DNA from: Chloroflexota bacterium
GTDB lineage: Bacteria; Chloroflexota; Chloroflexia; QHBQ01
Length of the DNA stretch: 59,826 nt
Reading direction: 5' to 3'
NCBI GenBank assembly: GCA_025355955.1
Contig: JANXYP010000006.1
Location: 1 to 59,826 of the forward strand
Part shown: positions 1-10,655 of the stretch, one piece after another
Position numbering within the stretch: the stretch's first letter is position 1
How the letters are laid out: each line of letters begins with the position of its first letter
Program-made: the position numbers and the translations under genes
The notes under the pieces: model-generated
The model's input: the letters and a program-made list of their open reading frames with translations, nothing else
Told to the model about the DNA's origin: nothing
The model's database searches: none

Positions 1-35
1 AAAGGGCGAACCGTTGTTCGCCCATCGGCATCTAA

Positions 36-188
36 TACCAATTAGCGATGGTGCTGCAATAGATTGAGGCAGGGCGAACAACGGTTCGCCCCTACAGAGC
101 TATTTAGCGATGGTGCCGCAATAAATTGAGGCAGGGCGAACAACGGTTCGCCCCTACAGAACTATAATATCACCTCGGCTAATTGGTA
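36..188. mobile_element. MITE family M3 (TIR TACCAATTAGC/GCTAATTGGTA, TAA duplication) carrying two REP cores
   Basis: TIRs at 36 and 188 with TAA on both sides; internal AGGGCGAACAACGGTTCGCCCCTAC at ~71-95 and ~133-157; same ends at 22046-22136. Confidence 0.7.
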
Positions 189-430
189 TAACTAAGCAAA
201 CAGCCCGCCTACATCATGCTAATTTGTGCCTAATGGTGATGGCTCTCTGGGGGTCTGGGGGTGCAGCCCACAGCTGCTGCCCGCCCGCTATGCTGTGGGT
301 TGGCCTCACCTTTGCACTTACCGCCCCCAAAGACACTGATTACGATGGGCTTTGATACGCTTAAGCAGATGGGGGCTGCACCCCCAGACCCCTAAGCTCA
401 TTCCCCTACTTTCTTAGCTTGATGCCTATG
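189..430 (+). repeat. ~240-bp repeat element, copy 1 (inverted copy at 2226-2469)
   Basis: Aligns by eye at high identity with the reverse complement of 2226-2469; internal inverted pair GGGGGTCTGGGGGTGCAGCCC / GGGGGCTGCACCCCCAGACCCC. Confidence 0.8.
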
Positions 431-499
431 TGGCGAACAACAGTTCGCCCTGGCCAATTTATATCACTGCTCGGCTAATTGGTATCAGACACGTTCTTA

Positions 500-2137
500 C
501 TATTCCCCACTGGTACTTCGCTCATCTGCCTTGACCTCATCCCAGAGTGCGTCCATCTCTTCGAGGGTCATTTCCTTTAGCTGGCGACCACTGGCTACCG
601 CTTTGGCTTCGACGGCGGTGAAGCGGCGGATGAACTTGCGGTTCGCCAGGCGCAGCGTCTCCTCCACATCGAGATCCATCCAGCGGCCCAGGTTGACGAT
701 GGCGAAAAGAAGATCGCCGAACTCCTCGCGCTTGTGCGACTCGTCGGCCTCGGATACCTCAGCGACCTCCTCGCGTACCTTGTCCAGCGCCCCACTGATG
801 TTGGGCCAGTCGAAGCCGACGCGGGCGACCCGCCTCTGCACCTCTTCGGCATAGTGCAACGCGGGCAACTGGCGCGACACTCCCTGCAGCCCCTCGCTCA
901 TCGGCAGGCGTGGAGCATCAAAGGTGGCTTTGGCCGCCCGCTCCGTTTTCTTGATCTCCTCCCAGTTTTGCAGTACCTCACCACTGCCGCTGACCTGGGT
1001 ATCACCGAACACGTGGGGATGGCGGCGCACCAGCTTGCTGCTAACGTGTTGTGCCACGTCGCCCAGGGTGAACTCACCATTTATAGTCGCCATCTGCGAC
1101 TGGAACACCACCTGCAGCAGCACATCGCCTAGCTCCTCGGCAAACTTATCCAGGTCCGCGTTGCGCTGCTCGCCGCTCACATCGGCAGTCAGCGCATCGA
1201 GCGCATCGACCGCCTCGTAGGTTTCCTCGATCAGGTTCTGCTTGATTGATTGGTGGGTTTGCTCCCGATCCCAGGGGCAGCCGTTCGGCCCTTGCAACCG
1301 CCCGGTGATGTAGACGAGCGTATCGAGCGACCGCATCGATGCGAGTACGGGCAACGGCGGCACGTACAGGCAGGTAAGCGGGCTGAACAGCGCCGCGCCC
1401 TCGCTGTCCAGTTCGCCTAGCGCCAACTCCACCACCTGCTCACCTTCGCTGCCCGCCGATCGCACCAGGCTGACCCGATGCTGCGGGGGATAGAGTTCCA
1501 ACAGGCTGCGCTGCACCGCACCCGCAATCGCCGCATTATAGACCTGGGCTAGCAGCAAAGGCAGGTTGGGCGATAGCGCTAGCAGGGTAGGCAGTTTGCT
1601 GCTGTTGAACGGCAGGCTGAAGCTGCTGAAGTAGAAATCGCGATCGCGATCGCCGGTGCCAGTCTCCAACTCGGCGGCTAGCTGGTTGCTATCCACAATC
1701 TGCAAGCCGGTCGCCAACGGATCGAGGCCTAGCGCAGCGCAAACCGGCTCGATGAAGCTGATACCGGCAACAATACGAACGGCGATGCCGCCAATCTGCG
1801 CCCGATTGAGCAGCCGCTTGACGCTGGCCTCGCCGACTAGAGGATGGCCGGGTACGGCGTAAACAATCGGCTGACCACCTGCGCCGTTGCGGGCAGCGGC
1901 AATTAGTTGCGCGGCAATCTCGGTTTGCACCGCCTCGAAGGCCGGGCTACCCTCGAACAATGCGTCGAAGCTGTGGCAATTCTCGCGCACTGCGCGGGGT
2001 AGGTTATCGATGGTAGGATGCTGGCGGGTTCGCAGATAGAGTCGCTCCGCATTAGTCTTGTTCAGAATGTCGTGGGCCTCGCCGGTTGCCTGTCCCCAAC
2101 TCTGACCCAGGCCAACTACGATGATGTCGGTTGCCAT
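500..2137 (-). CDS. mazG: Tetrapyrrole-methylase-like/MazG nucleoside triphosphate pyrophosphohydrolase (YabN type)
   Basis: N-terminal IIVVGLG...LRTRQHP...YAVPGHPLVGE; C-terminal GCPWDREQTH, EETYE, EELGDVLLQV, VGFDW, EEFGDLLF; start reset to MATDII. Confidence 0.92.
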   Translation of the reverse strand: MATDIIVVGLGQSWGQATGEAHDILNKTNAERLYLRTRQHPTIDNLPRAVRENCHSFDALFEGSPAFEAVQTEIAAQLIAAARNGAGGQPIVYAVPGHPLVGEASVKRLLNRAQIGGIAVRIVAGISFIEPVCAALGLDPLATGLQIVDSNQLAAELETGTGDRDRDFYFSSFSLPFNSSKLPTLLALSPNLPLLLAQVYNAAIAGAVQRSLLELYPPQHRVSLVRSAGSEGEQVVELALGELDSEGAALFSPLTCLYVPPLPVLASMRSLDTLVYITGRLQGPNGCPWDREQTHQSIKQNLIEETYEAVDALDALTADVSGEQRNADLDKFAEELGDVLLQVVFQSQMATINGEFTLGDVAQHVSSKLVRRHPHVFGDTQVSGSGEVLQNWEEIKKTERAAKATFDAPRLPMSEGLQGVSRQLPALHYAEEVQRRVARVGFDWPNISGALDKVREEVAEVSEADESHKREEFGDLLFAIVNLGRWMDLDVEETLRLANRKFIRRFTAVEAKAVASGRQLKEMTLEEMDALWDEVKADERSTSGE

Positions 2138-2225
2138 TATGTTCCTTTGCCGCAGGGCGAACCACGGTTCGCCCCCAATGATTTTATGACTACCAGATGC
2201 GGTAGTCGGGAGGACAAGCACTGCC

Positions 2226-2469
2226 CATACCCATCAAGTTAATAAAGTTGGGCAACAGTGCGAGGGTCTTGGGGGTTCAGCCCCCAGCGGCTGAATAAGT
2301 GATAATGCCCATCGTAATCAGCGTCTTTGTGGGTCGGTAAGTGCAAAGGTGTGGCAAACCCGCAGCATAGCGGGCGGGCAGCAGCTGTGGGCTGCACCCC
2401 CAGACCCCCAGAGAGCCATCACCATTAGGCACAAATCAGCATAATGTAGGCGGGCTGTTGTTTAGTATG
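2226..2469 (-). repeat. ~240-bp repeat element, copy 2
   Basis: Reverse complement of 189-430; begins CATACCCATCAAGTTAA and ends GTATG. Confidence 0.8.
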
Positions 2470-2547
2470 ATGGCAAAGGTTGAGTGCAGCCCGCCCCTAC
2501 CTCTGCTTCATTACTGGTTTTGGTGGTCAAAACTCATCAGATAGGAA

Positions 2548-2580
2548 AATGAGCTTCCAGCAATAGTCTGGAGGCTCATT
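2548..2580. terminator. Hairpin downstream of rskA
   Basis: AATGAGCTTCCAG-caatagt-CTGGAGGCTCATT. Confidence 0.5.
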
Positions 2581-2609
2581 ATACCGCTTGCTGAGGGTGG
2601 AAACAAGGT

Positions 2610-3485
2610 TCAGAAGTTGCCGACCATCAGTATGTTGCCGGTTGGTTTGGGCAGGCCACCCGCTGGCTCGATTGTCACCGCGCCCGCTGACAGGTTGCTA
2701 ATCGGCACATCCTTGGGCATATTCACGTTCAACACACCCTTGCCGGTCTGGTCTACGTTGAAAGTGCCAGCAGGGATGGGGTTGCCGCTCTTGTCCAGCA
2801 GCCAGAACTCGTATGTCTTATCGCTGGTGACCGGCTGCAAATTGTAGGCCAGCAGCACGCCGCGCTTCTGTGAATCGTTGGCGATTAGCTGGCTGTAGGC
2901 GGTAGTCTTGTTGCCGGGCAGCGCCTTGACCACCGTGCCGGGCTGACCTAGCAGGTCGACCGCCGCCTGTACCTGCGCCATTTGGTTCGCGCTGGTGTTA
3001 ACCTGCTGCTGATACCTGGTTACATCGGATTGCAAGCCGAGGTTCCAGAAGATCAGCCCGATCACTAGCACCAGCGATAGGCCCGCAAGGGCGAAGCCGG
3101 GGCGATTCGGTAGGCTGAACCAGGCCGTGATGCGTTGCATCATGCCCGGCTGAGGCGACTTGCGGGCGGTGGGCGGCAATATGGCAGCCAGCGGCACACC
3201 AGCAGTAGCCTGGGCCATCGCTGGGGCGGTCGCCCGTGCAGGCGCGGCGGCGGGGGCGGCATTCAGCTTCGCCATCATTCGCTCCCGATGGCCGACCGGC
3301 TCGGCGACTGCTGGGGTCAGCGTGGCAAGGCTTGCCAGCATCTGCTCGTAGGCAGAGAGCTGCGCCTGATACTCCGGCTTGGCGGCCAGTTGCGCCTCGA
3401 ACGTAGTCCGCTCCTGCGGCTCCAGCACATCGAGTGCGTAGGCGGCCAGCATCTCTTCAAATTGTTCAGCATTGAGGTTCATCAT
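2610..3485 (-). CDS. rskA: Anti-sigma-K factor RskA family
   Basis: LAAYALDVL..ERTTFE N-terminus, one TM segment, C-terminal YEFWLL...AVTIEPAGG.PKPTG; overlaps the sigma gene stop. Confidence 0.88.
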   Translation of the reverse strand: MMNLNAEQFEEMLAAYALDVLEPQERTTFEAQLAAKPEYQAQLSAYEQMLASLATLTPAVAEPVGHRERMMAKLNAAPAAAPARATAPAMAQATAGVPLAAILPPTARKSPQPGMMQRITAWFSLPNRPGFALAGLSLVLVIGLIFWNLGLQSDVTRYQQQVNTSANQMAQVQAAVDLLGQPGTVVKALPGNKTTAYSQLIANDSQKRGVLLAYNLQPVTSDKTYEFWLLDKSGNPIPAGTFNVDQTGKGVLNVNMPKDVPISNLSAGAVTIEPAGGLPKPTGNILMVGNF

Positions 3486-4177
3486 TGTTCTGCTCCAAGC
3501 CCCTCGGCTTCCAGGGCTAGCCTTAGCTTCTGCAAGGCCAGCCTTATGCGTGTCTTCACCGTTCCCAGTGGTTCGCCCAGGTAGCTGGCAATCTCCATTT
3601 GCGTCATGCCACCAAAGTAGGCCAGCTCGATTACCCGCCGCTGCACGTCGGAAAGTTTGGTCAAGGCGCGACGCACATTGGCCCGCTGTTCGCTGATCCA
3701 GGCCACCTCTTCGGGGCCTTTTTGCTCGTCCGGTATGCGGGTGATAAAGTCGTCACCACCCTCGGCATCGAGGCTAATGTTGCCACTGATTACCCGCTTA
3801 TTCTTGCGTAGCTCGTCAATGCAGCGGTGATGTACTACACTCAACAGCCAACTGGCAAATCGCCCGCGCTGCTGGTCGAAGCTCTGCGGCGCTTGCCAGA
3901 GTTTAAGGAACACTTCCTGCACCACTTCTTCGGCCATCGCCGTGTTGCTGAGGATGCGTACCGCCAGCGCGTAGCATTGACGGAAGTAGCGATCGTACAG
4001 CACTTCCAGAGGGCCGCTGTTACGCTCGACCATTGGTTTGCTCCCGTTACCCTTATCGGTAGGGCTGGCGGAGGAGCGCGGGGTACTGACGCTATCCGCG
4101 ATTGGCTCGTACAGGTTCGAGCGTAGTATCTCGACGAGTTCTTCGTCGGTTAGGCTTATATAGTTCGCAGTTGGCAC
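3482..4177 (-). CDS. sigK: ECF sigma-70 factor (SigK-like)
   Basis: LYDRY..., AEEVVQEVFLKLW, FASWLL, LAYFGGMTQMEIA..LGEPLGTVKTRIR. Confidence 0.9.
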   Translation of the reverse strand: MPTANYISLTDEELVEILRSNLYEPIADSVSTPRSSASPTDKGNGSKPMVERNSGPLEVLYDRYFRQCYALAVRILSNTAMAEEVVQEVFLKLWQAPQSFDQQRGRFASWLLSVVHHRCIDELRKNKRVISGNISLDAEGGDDFITRIPDEQKGPEEVAWISEQRANVRRALTKLSDVQRRVIELAYFGGMTQMEIASYLGEPLGTVKTRIRLALQKLRLALEAEGLGAEQ

Positions 4178-4324
4178 GTTGTTTTATCTCCGCTAGGATT
4201 GGGGCAGCAGCACAGTCGCTGTGCTGTGGCTTATTATACTCCAACCTACGGATTTATCAAATCGTGCATAGCGAACCATACCTGGGAACGTGTAAGGCTG
4301 CCTACGAGTCCCCTCCAATCAAAC

Positions 4325-4350
4325 TTACGTAACAAATCATCTTCTGGATC
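4325..4350 (-). promoter_or_regulatory. Candidate autoregulatory ECF promoter (GATCC-N15-ACGTAA)
   Basis: Minus strand gatcc-agaagatgatttgtt-acgtaa upstream of sigK; resembles promoter consensus of SigK/RpoT-like ECF groups. Confidence 0.4.
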
Positions 4351-4365
4351 TCCGTTGGCCCACTA

Positions 4366-4447
4366 GTCACGTTTTTGCATACCCAACCAGGGCGAACCAT
4401 GGTTCGCCCCTACGTGCGTTGGCCTTGTAAAAATGTGACGCGCATCC
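4366..4447. mobile_element. MITE family M1, degenerate copy
   Basis: GTCACGTTTTTGC...AAATGTGACGCGCA ends with central REP. Confidence 0.65.
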
Positions 4448-4494
4448 CTGGGGATGGTAGCTGGTCGAGTTCTCCCCAGCGCTCAGTCCTAAAC

Positions 4495-6858
4495 TCATCG
4501 ACGGATGGCCGCCTGGTAGAGGATCTGGGCCATCTCGTCACGACGGATGTTGGTGTTGGGGCGGAAGGTGCGGTCGGGATAGCCGTTGACCAGCCCCGCC
4601 GCGTGCGCCGATTCGATGCTGACGTAGAAGATGTTACTGGGCGGCACATCGGTGAAGGTGGGGATGCCGCCGGTGGGGGTGAGTAGCGCGATGTGGAAGG
4701 CGCTGACCACGATCTTAGTTAGCTGCCCACGGGTGATCGGGTCGCCAGGGTGGAAGTAGCAGGGGCCGGGGTTGCACGATTGGTAGCCGCCGATGATGCC
4801 CGCAGCGTAGGCCGACTCGATATAGACGTAAGCCCAGTAACTGGCTGGCACGTCGGCGAAGGTGGGGCCGCCCGCCGGGGTGGTTAGCGCTGTGCCGGAG
4901 GCTAGCACCGCGATTTTGGTGAACTGCGCCCGCGTTGCGGTGGCCGCCGGTGAGTAGTGGGTCGCGTTGGTGCCGTTGACGATGCCGCGACAATTGAGGT
5001 AGTGGATGGCGACGTAGAAGATATTACCCTGGATGTCCACAAAGCGGTTGGCGCAGTCGGTGGGGGTTATGGTCGGCGGTGCGGGCGTGTTGGTGGCTGG
5101 CACAGTGGTGCTGGTGGGGGGCGGCGTATTGGTGGGGCCACCGGGGGTGCTGGTGGGTGGCACAGCGGTGCTAGTCGGGGTTGGAGTATTGGTTGCAGCC
5201 AGCGGGGTATTGGTGGCGGGCGCGGGCGTGTCCGTTGCCGGGATGGTCGTATTGGTCGGCGTACTGGTGGGCGTGCTGGTCGCACCACCGGGAGTGGGCG
5301 TGTGGGTGGCGGGGCAGGGGGTTAGCGCTGGCGTGGGTGTATTGGTGGGCAGAGCAGTCGCGGTAGCCACCGCCGCATTGGTATGCCAGGCGTTGAGTTT
5401 GCCATTTTCATCGGTGAGATACAACATCCCGTTCACCACAATCGGGCTTTCCCAGTGGATGCCGCCAATGCTGGAGTCGCTCCACAGCGGGGTGCCGCTG
5501 GTGGGGTCAACTGCATTGATCTGGCCGCCGTAGGTATAGAACAGCACGTTGTTCGCCACAATCGGTGAACTGACGCTGCCGGAGGTATCCTGCCAGCGGA
5601 AATTGAGATGGGGGTTGCCGCTACAATCGGCGCTCAGTTGCAGCGCGGAGATGCCGCTGCCGTTGGCGACGAACAGCCAGATGCTGCCATCGGTGGGGTT
5701 GGTCCACACCGCAGGGGTGGGGAGAACTTCACCGCCCTGCGGCACGTCAATCTGCTCCAGCTCGCCGCCGGTATGCCCCGGCCCGCCCTGTCCGCTCAGG
5801 TTATCGAGATTGAGCAGATTGATTTTGCCTTCCTTGCCGCTCTGCACGGCGACGTGGGGAAAGCGGCTGCCGGAGATGGGGGGCAGCATTACCGGGCTGG
5901 TGCTGCCCAGGTCGGCATCGCTGTTGTCAAGATTCTGAAAGTTGGTGGGGGTGTAGCTATCGAGCGGCGTGCCGCTGTTGCTGGTGCCATCGGGGTTGAG
6001 CGCGATTACGCTCTCCGACCAGTCGTGACCGCCTGTGTTAGCATTGTAATGACCATTGCCGGTGGCGAAGTAGATGCGATCAGTAGTCGGGTTGTAAACT
6101 ACACCTGGCCGCGCCCAGACCGCGTTCTGCACGGTTGGGCAATCTGGAGTGCCGTTCTCGACAAAGTGAACGGCCTGGTCGCTGCACGCGGCGTTGAACA
6201 CGGCTTGTGCGCCAGTGTTCAGGTTGATGGTGGTGATGTGGCCCTGGTAATCGCCCGCATCGCCGGGGTAGCCGCCGTTAGCGACATAGAGGCGGGGGAT
6301 GCCATCGTGGGCGGTGGCGATTGCCAGCGCCGCCGAGCCTTTCTCCACATCAGGCTTGAGAGTGGCGATCTCCGGCCAGCCTCCGGTAGTCGTCTCGCTG
6401 CCGTTGCTGACGTTGTACTTGTGGGCCTTGCCATCCAACCCGTAGCTGTAGACATACTGGCCGCTGGGGTCTATCGCGGGCGAGGAGGTAGTGTAGTTGG
6501 GGCCGGTTGCGGGGCGACGCACCCAGATGGTCGCACCGCTGTCGGCATTCAGGGCAACCAACCGTCCCGCTTTGGTGGTAACGTACATCATGTTAACGGT
6601 GCTACTGCCGGTTATCACGTTGCTGAGGTAAACGGGAGCGCCATCAGCAATGTCGGGCAGGCTCACTGGAGCGAAGGCTTGCTGCAAGCTGAGGGCGTTG
6701 CGGGCGTTGATGATGGTCTCCTGGGTATTGTTGCCGCTGTGCTGGGGGTCGAGGTTGAACTGCGGCCAGTCGTAGGCGGCGGCCAGCATTGGCGATAGCA
6801 GCAGCATCGCCACAACGCTAGCCAGTACAACCCTGACGGTAAACCGTTTGGTACGCAT
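4495..6858 (-). CDS. Secreted PQQ-like beta-propeller protein with PT linker and SLH domains
   Basis: Signal peptide, DWPQFNLDPQHSG, D.DLGSTSP, SSPIVANNVL, PT-rich linker, C-terminal SLH motifs (ATRAQF, ITRGQL, GYPDRTFRP..IRRDEMA). Confidence 0.85.
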   Translation of the reverse strand: MRTKRFTVRVVLASVVAMLLLSPMLAAAYDWPQFNLDPQHSGNNTQETIINARNALSLQQAFAPVSLPDIADGAPVYLSNVITGSSTVNMMYVTTKAGRLVALNADSGATIWVRRPATGPNYTTSSPAIDPSGQYVYSYGLDGKAHKYNVSNGSETTTGGWPEIATLKPDVEKGSAALAIATAHDGIPRLYVANGGYPGDAGDYQGHITTINLNTGAQAVFNAACSDQAVHFVENGTPDCPTVQNAVWARPGVVYNPTTDRIYFATGNGHYNANTGGHDWSESVIALNPDGTSNSGTPLDSYTPTNFQNLDNSDADLGSTSPVMLPPISGSRFPHVAVQSGKEGKINLLNLDNLSGQGGPGHTGGELEQIDVPQGGEVLPTPAVWTNPTDGSIWLFVANGSGISALQLSADCSGNPHLNFRWQDTSGSVSSPIVANNVLFYTYGGQINAVDPTSGTPLWSDSSIGGIHWESPIVVNGMLYLTDENGKLNAWHTNAAVATATALPTNTPTPALTPCPATHTPTPGGATSTPTSTPTNTTIPATDTPAPATNTPLAATNTPTPTSTAVPPTSTPGGPTNTPPPTSTTVPATNTPAPPTITPTDCANRFVDIQGNIFYVAIHYLNCRGIVNGTNATHYSPAATATRAQFTKIAVLASGTALTTPAGGPTFADVPASYWAYVYIESAYAAGIIGGYQSCNPGPCYFHPGDPITRGQLTKIVVSAFHIALLTPTGGIPTFTDVPPSNIFYVSIESAHAAGLVNGYPDRTFRPNTNIRRDEMAQILYQAAIRR

Positions 6859-6947
6859 GGTTAAGACTCCTCTCTTCTTTCTGCCAAAAGGCATCGTAGG
6901 GCGAACAACGGTTCGCCCCGGATACTTAAATCTAAAATCCAAAATCT

Positions 6948-7650
<703 letters not shown>

Positions 7651-7664
<14 letters not shown>

Positions 7665-8697
7665 CGCCACCTCCTACGCCGCTGTGTCGATACTGCGTCC
7701 ACAGCGGGGTGAAGTCGAGGTGCGGCCAGAACTTGCTGGAGAGAGGATTGGCGGGCATATACCAGAGGCCGAAAGCGTCCACCCGATAAGGCGCGAACGC
7801 TTCGATTACTCCCTGGGTGAGCAGCCGCCCAATGCCTTGTCCGCGCTTGTCGGCCCGCACGCTGACGCTGTTGAGGTAGCCATAGCGCCCTGTCGGGAAG
7901 CGACTGAGCGCGCCCCAGCCGGGGCTTTGCTCGATGTAGTTCTCAGACATCGCCACTACTTCGCCATTTTGCTCCACCACCACTACCAGCGGCGCACCTA
8001 TCTCCGGCGATTGGCCCTGCCACAATCGTGCCAGCTTCTCGCGGAAATCCTCCTCCACCCCCGGCACGATGCGTACATGAGCGACGTGGTCGGCGTGGAA
8101 CTGGATCTCGCCGAGGTGGAGGGCGATCAGGCTCTGCTCGTCGGCAGGATGGGCGGGGCGCACGCGCAGGCTGGGGTCGGGCGGACGTGACGATGGCGGC
8201 AGCGGCGCGTTGGGATGCCAGGCAACGATGCTATCGGCGACGAAGTTGTGGCCGTGCAGCAGCGGGTCGAGCCAGCGGTCCACACTAGGCCAGGTGAGCA
8301 GGTTGGCATAGGTCTGGCTAGCTTGCCACTGGCGGTCCAGCGCGATCAGCAGCGTATCGGCTACGGCCGCTGCGTCGGAGGAGGCGGGGTCGGGCAGGGT
8401 CAGGGCGCGATGGCTGCCGTTACGGGTGGCGTAGAAACAGAGCATTGCGTTGCCAGGTGGTATCTCGAAGATGCGGGCAATGACGAAGCCGCGCACCGCG
8501 CCGTTCTGGTCGCGAGCGATCAGCGGTACGCCCGCGTCCTCAAGCTCCTCAGCCAGCATCTGGCGGATTGCTTGCGCGGTGCGTGGCCGCTCCAGGCGTG
8601 GGTCAAGCGCGTAGTGGCGGGCCTCCTGCGCGGCAAAAAGCGGCACAATCGCGTCGAGGTCGTGGCGGCTGGCCAATTGCACGCTGATCTGCATCAT
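7651..8697 (-). CDS. Tandem GNAT-fold acetyltransferase
   Basis: VRPAHPAD, LNSVSVRADKRGQGIGRLL, N.LSSKFW..LDF; coupled to both neighbours. Confidence 0.8.
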
Positions 8698-8698
8698 G

Positions 8699-10585
8699 TT
8701 AATCGCTCCCCAGGTAGGCTTCGATAACAGCCGCATCCTTGCTGATTGCAGATGGCGTATCTTCGGCGATGGTGCGGCCAAAGTTCAGCACCGCGATGCG
8801 ATCGCAGACGCTCATCACCAGCGCCATGTCGTGTTCGATTAGCAACACGGTCAAGCCGGTTGCGGTCAGTTCGCGCAGCAGGTCACGCAGGCGATCGCTC
8901 TCGGCCTGGTTCAGCCCGGCGGCGGGTTCATCGAGCAGCAGCAAGGTGGGGTCGGTCGCCAGGGCGCGGGCCATCTCCAGGCGGCGCTGATCGCCATAGG
9001 CCAGCGCGGTGGCGGGCAGGCTGGCGCTAGCAGCCAGCCCGAAGCGGGTGAGCAGCTCAAAGGCGCGGTTGCGGCTGGTCTGCTCCTCGCGTCGCGCCGT
9101 GGGGCTGAACACGAGTCGGGCCAGCAAACTGGCACGAGTGCGACTGTGCATCCCTACCATCACGTTTTCCAGCACGCTGAGGCTGGGAAAGAGGCGGATG
9201 TTCTGGTAGGTACGCGCGATGCCACGGCGCACGATGTTGTGCGGGGCGAGACCGTCAATCCGTTCGCCCCTCAGGTAGATGCGCCCGCTGGTCAGCGGCA
9301 GCACGCCACTGAGCAGGTTGAGCAGCGTAGTCTTGCCCGCGCCGTTCGGCCCGATCAGCCCATATATGCTGCCTGGCAGGATGGCGATGTCCACATCGTC
9401 GACCGCGATTACGCCGCCAAAGCGGCGGGTGGCCGCCTCGGTGTGGAGTAGGGGTGCTGCAGTTTTGAGTTTTGAGTTTTGAGTTTTGACTTGTTGATTG
9501 TCGTCGTAGGGGCGGGATTTATCCCACCCTGGTTGGTCAACAGCGGGCGCAATGAATTGCGCCCCGATATCGGTATCCCCAGTATCGGCTGATGGATGCG
9601 CGTTACGCACTGGCAAAGCAAGCCTCTGTAGGGGCGAATCGTTGTTCGCCCGTGTCGGATCTGCAAGAACGTGAGGCACCCCCTCTGCTGCTTGCTGCGG
9701 CGCGGGCTGCCAGCGACGGCGGATGCCCAACGCGTTGCCTAGCAAGCTGAACAGGCCGCTGGGCAGAAACAGGATGGTCAGCAGCAACACCACGCCGGTG
9801 AAGATGTCGCGGTAGTCGTGCAGCGGGCGCAGTAGCTCCGGCAAGGCGGTGATCAGGGCTGCGCCGAGGATGGGGCCAGGGAAGCCGAGCGTGCCGCCGA
9901 CCACCGCATAGACCAGGATGTTGACCGCCTGCGAGAAGCCAAAATCGGCGGGCGAGATGAAGTTGTAGAGGTGAGCATCGAGCGCGCCCGCCCAACCCGC
10001 GATCGCCGCGCCGATGATGAAGACGAGCAGCTTGTAGCGGGTAACGTCGACTCCGCTGCTCTCCGCCGCCGCCTCGTCCTCGCGGATGGCGGCCAGGGCC
10101 AGGCCCATGCGCGAGCCGCGTAGCCGCCAGAAGAAGTAGATGAGTAGCAGCAACGTGCCGTAGGTCAGCCAGCCGCTGGTACTGGCGGGCGGCGGCAAGC
10201 GCAATCCTTCCGCACCGTTGGGGTAATCTTGCTGCTCGAAGGGCAGGGTGACACCAGGTTGAAAGTTCAGAATGAAAATACGCAGTATCTCGCCGAAGCC
10301 GATAGTAGCGATGGCGAGGAAGATGCCGCGCAGCCGCAGCACTGGCGCACCCAACAATGCCCCCACCAATGCGGCCATCCCCGCGCCCACCAATGCGGCA
10401 GGGATGAGCGGCCAGCCGAAGTATTGGGTGAACAGGATGGCGGTATACGCGCCAATGCCCATGAACGCCGCGTTTGCCAGCGACAACATCGCCGCCGACA
10501 GCGTGATATAGATGCTCAACGCCAGTATCGCGTTGATGGCAATCAGGTTGATCAGCAAGCTGTTGGCGGCGTAGAAGTCTATCAT
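8699..10585 (-). CDS. livMG: Fused LivM permease-LivG ATPase with a repeat-derived linker
   Basis: LRLRGIFLAIATIGFGEI, AIREDEAAA; GPNGAGKTT, LAYGDQRRLEMARAL, IEHDM. Confidence 0.9.
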   Translation of the reverse strand: MIDFYAANSLLINLIAINAILALSIYITLSAAMLSLANAAFMGIGAYTAILFTQYFGWPLIPAALVGAGMAALVGALLGAPVLRLRGIFLAIATIGFGEILRIFILNFQPGVTLPFEQQDYPNGAEGLRLPPPASTSGWLTYGTLLLLIYFFWRLRGSRMGLALAAIREDEAAAESSGVDVTRYKLLVFIIGAAIAGWAGALDAHLYNFISPADFGFSQAVNILVYAVVGGTLGFPGPILGAALITALPELLRPLHDYRDIFTGVVLLLTILFLPSGLFSLLGNALGIRRRWQPAPQQAAEGVPHVLADPTRANNDSPLQRLALPVRNAHPSADTGDTDIGAQFIAPAVDQPGWDKSRPYDDNQQVKTQNSKLKTAAPLLHTEAATRRFGGVIAVDDVDIAILPGSIYGLIGPNGAGKTTLLNLLSGVLPLTSGRIYLRGERIDGLAPHNIVRRGIARTYQNIRLFPSLSVLENVMVGMHSRTRASLLARLVFSPTARREEQTSRNRAFELLTRFGLAASASLPATALAYGDQRRLEMARALATDPTLLLLDEPAAGLNQAESDRLRDLLRELTATGLTVLLIEHDMALVMSVCDRIAVLNFGRTIAEDTPSAISKDAAVIEAYLGSD

Positions 10586-10587
10586 AA

Positions 10588-10648
10588 ATGAGTTTTGAGT
10601 TTTGAGTTTTGAGTTTTGAGTTGTCCGAATCTAACTCAAAACTCAAAA
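10588..10648. repeat. Inverted heptamer arrays (TTTTGAG)n / (CTCAAAA)n
   Basis: Directly visible between livH and livMG. Confidence 0.85.
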
Positions 10649-10655
10649 CCCAGCA

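Noticed and set aside
5060-5375. PT-rich tandem repeats (also 14750-14870 and 41360-41530)
   Set aside because: Ordinary Pro/Thr linkers of secreted proteins.
9603-10646. 347-aa alternative-frame ORF over livM
   Set aside because: Arg/Pro-rich off-frame composition, and it starts inside a heptamer array.
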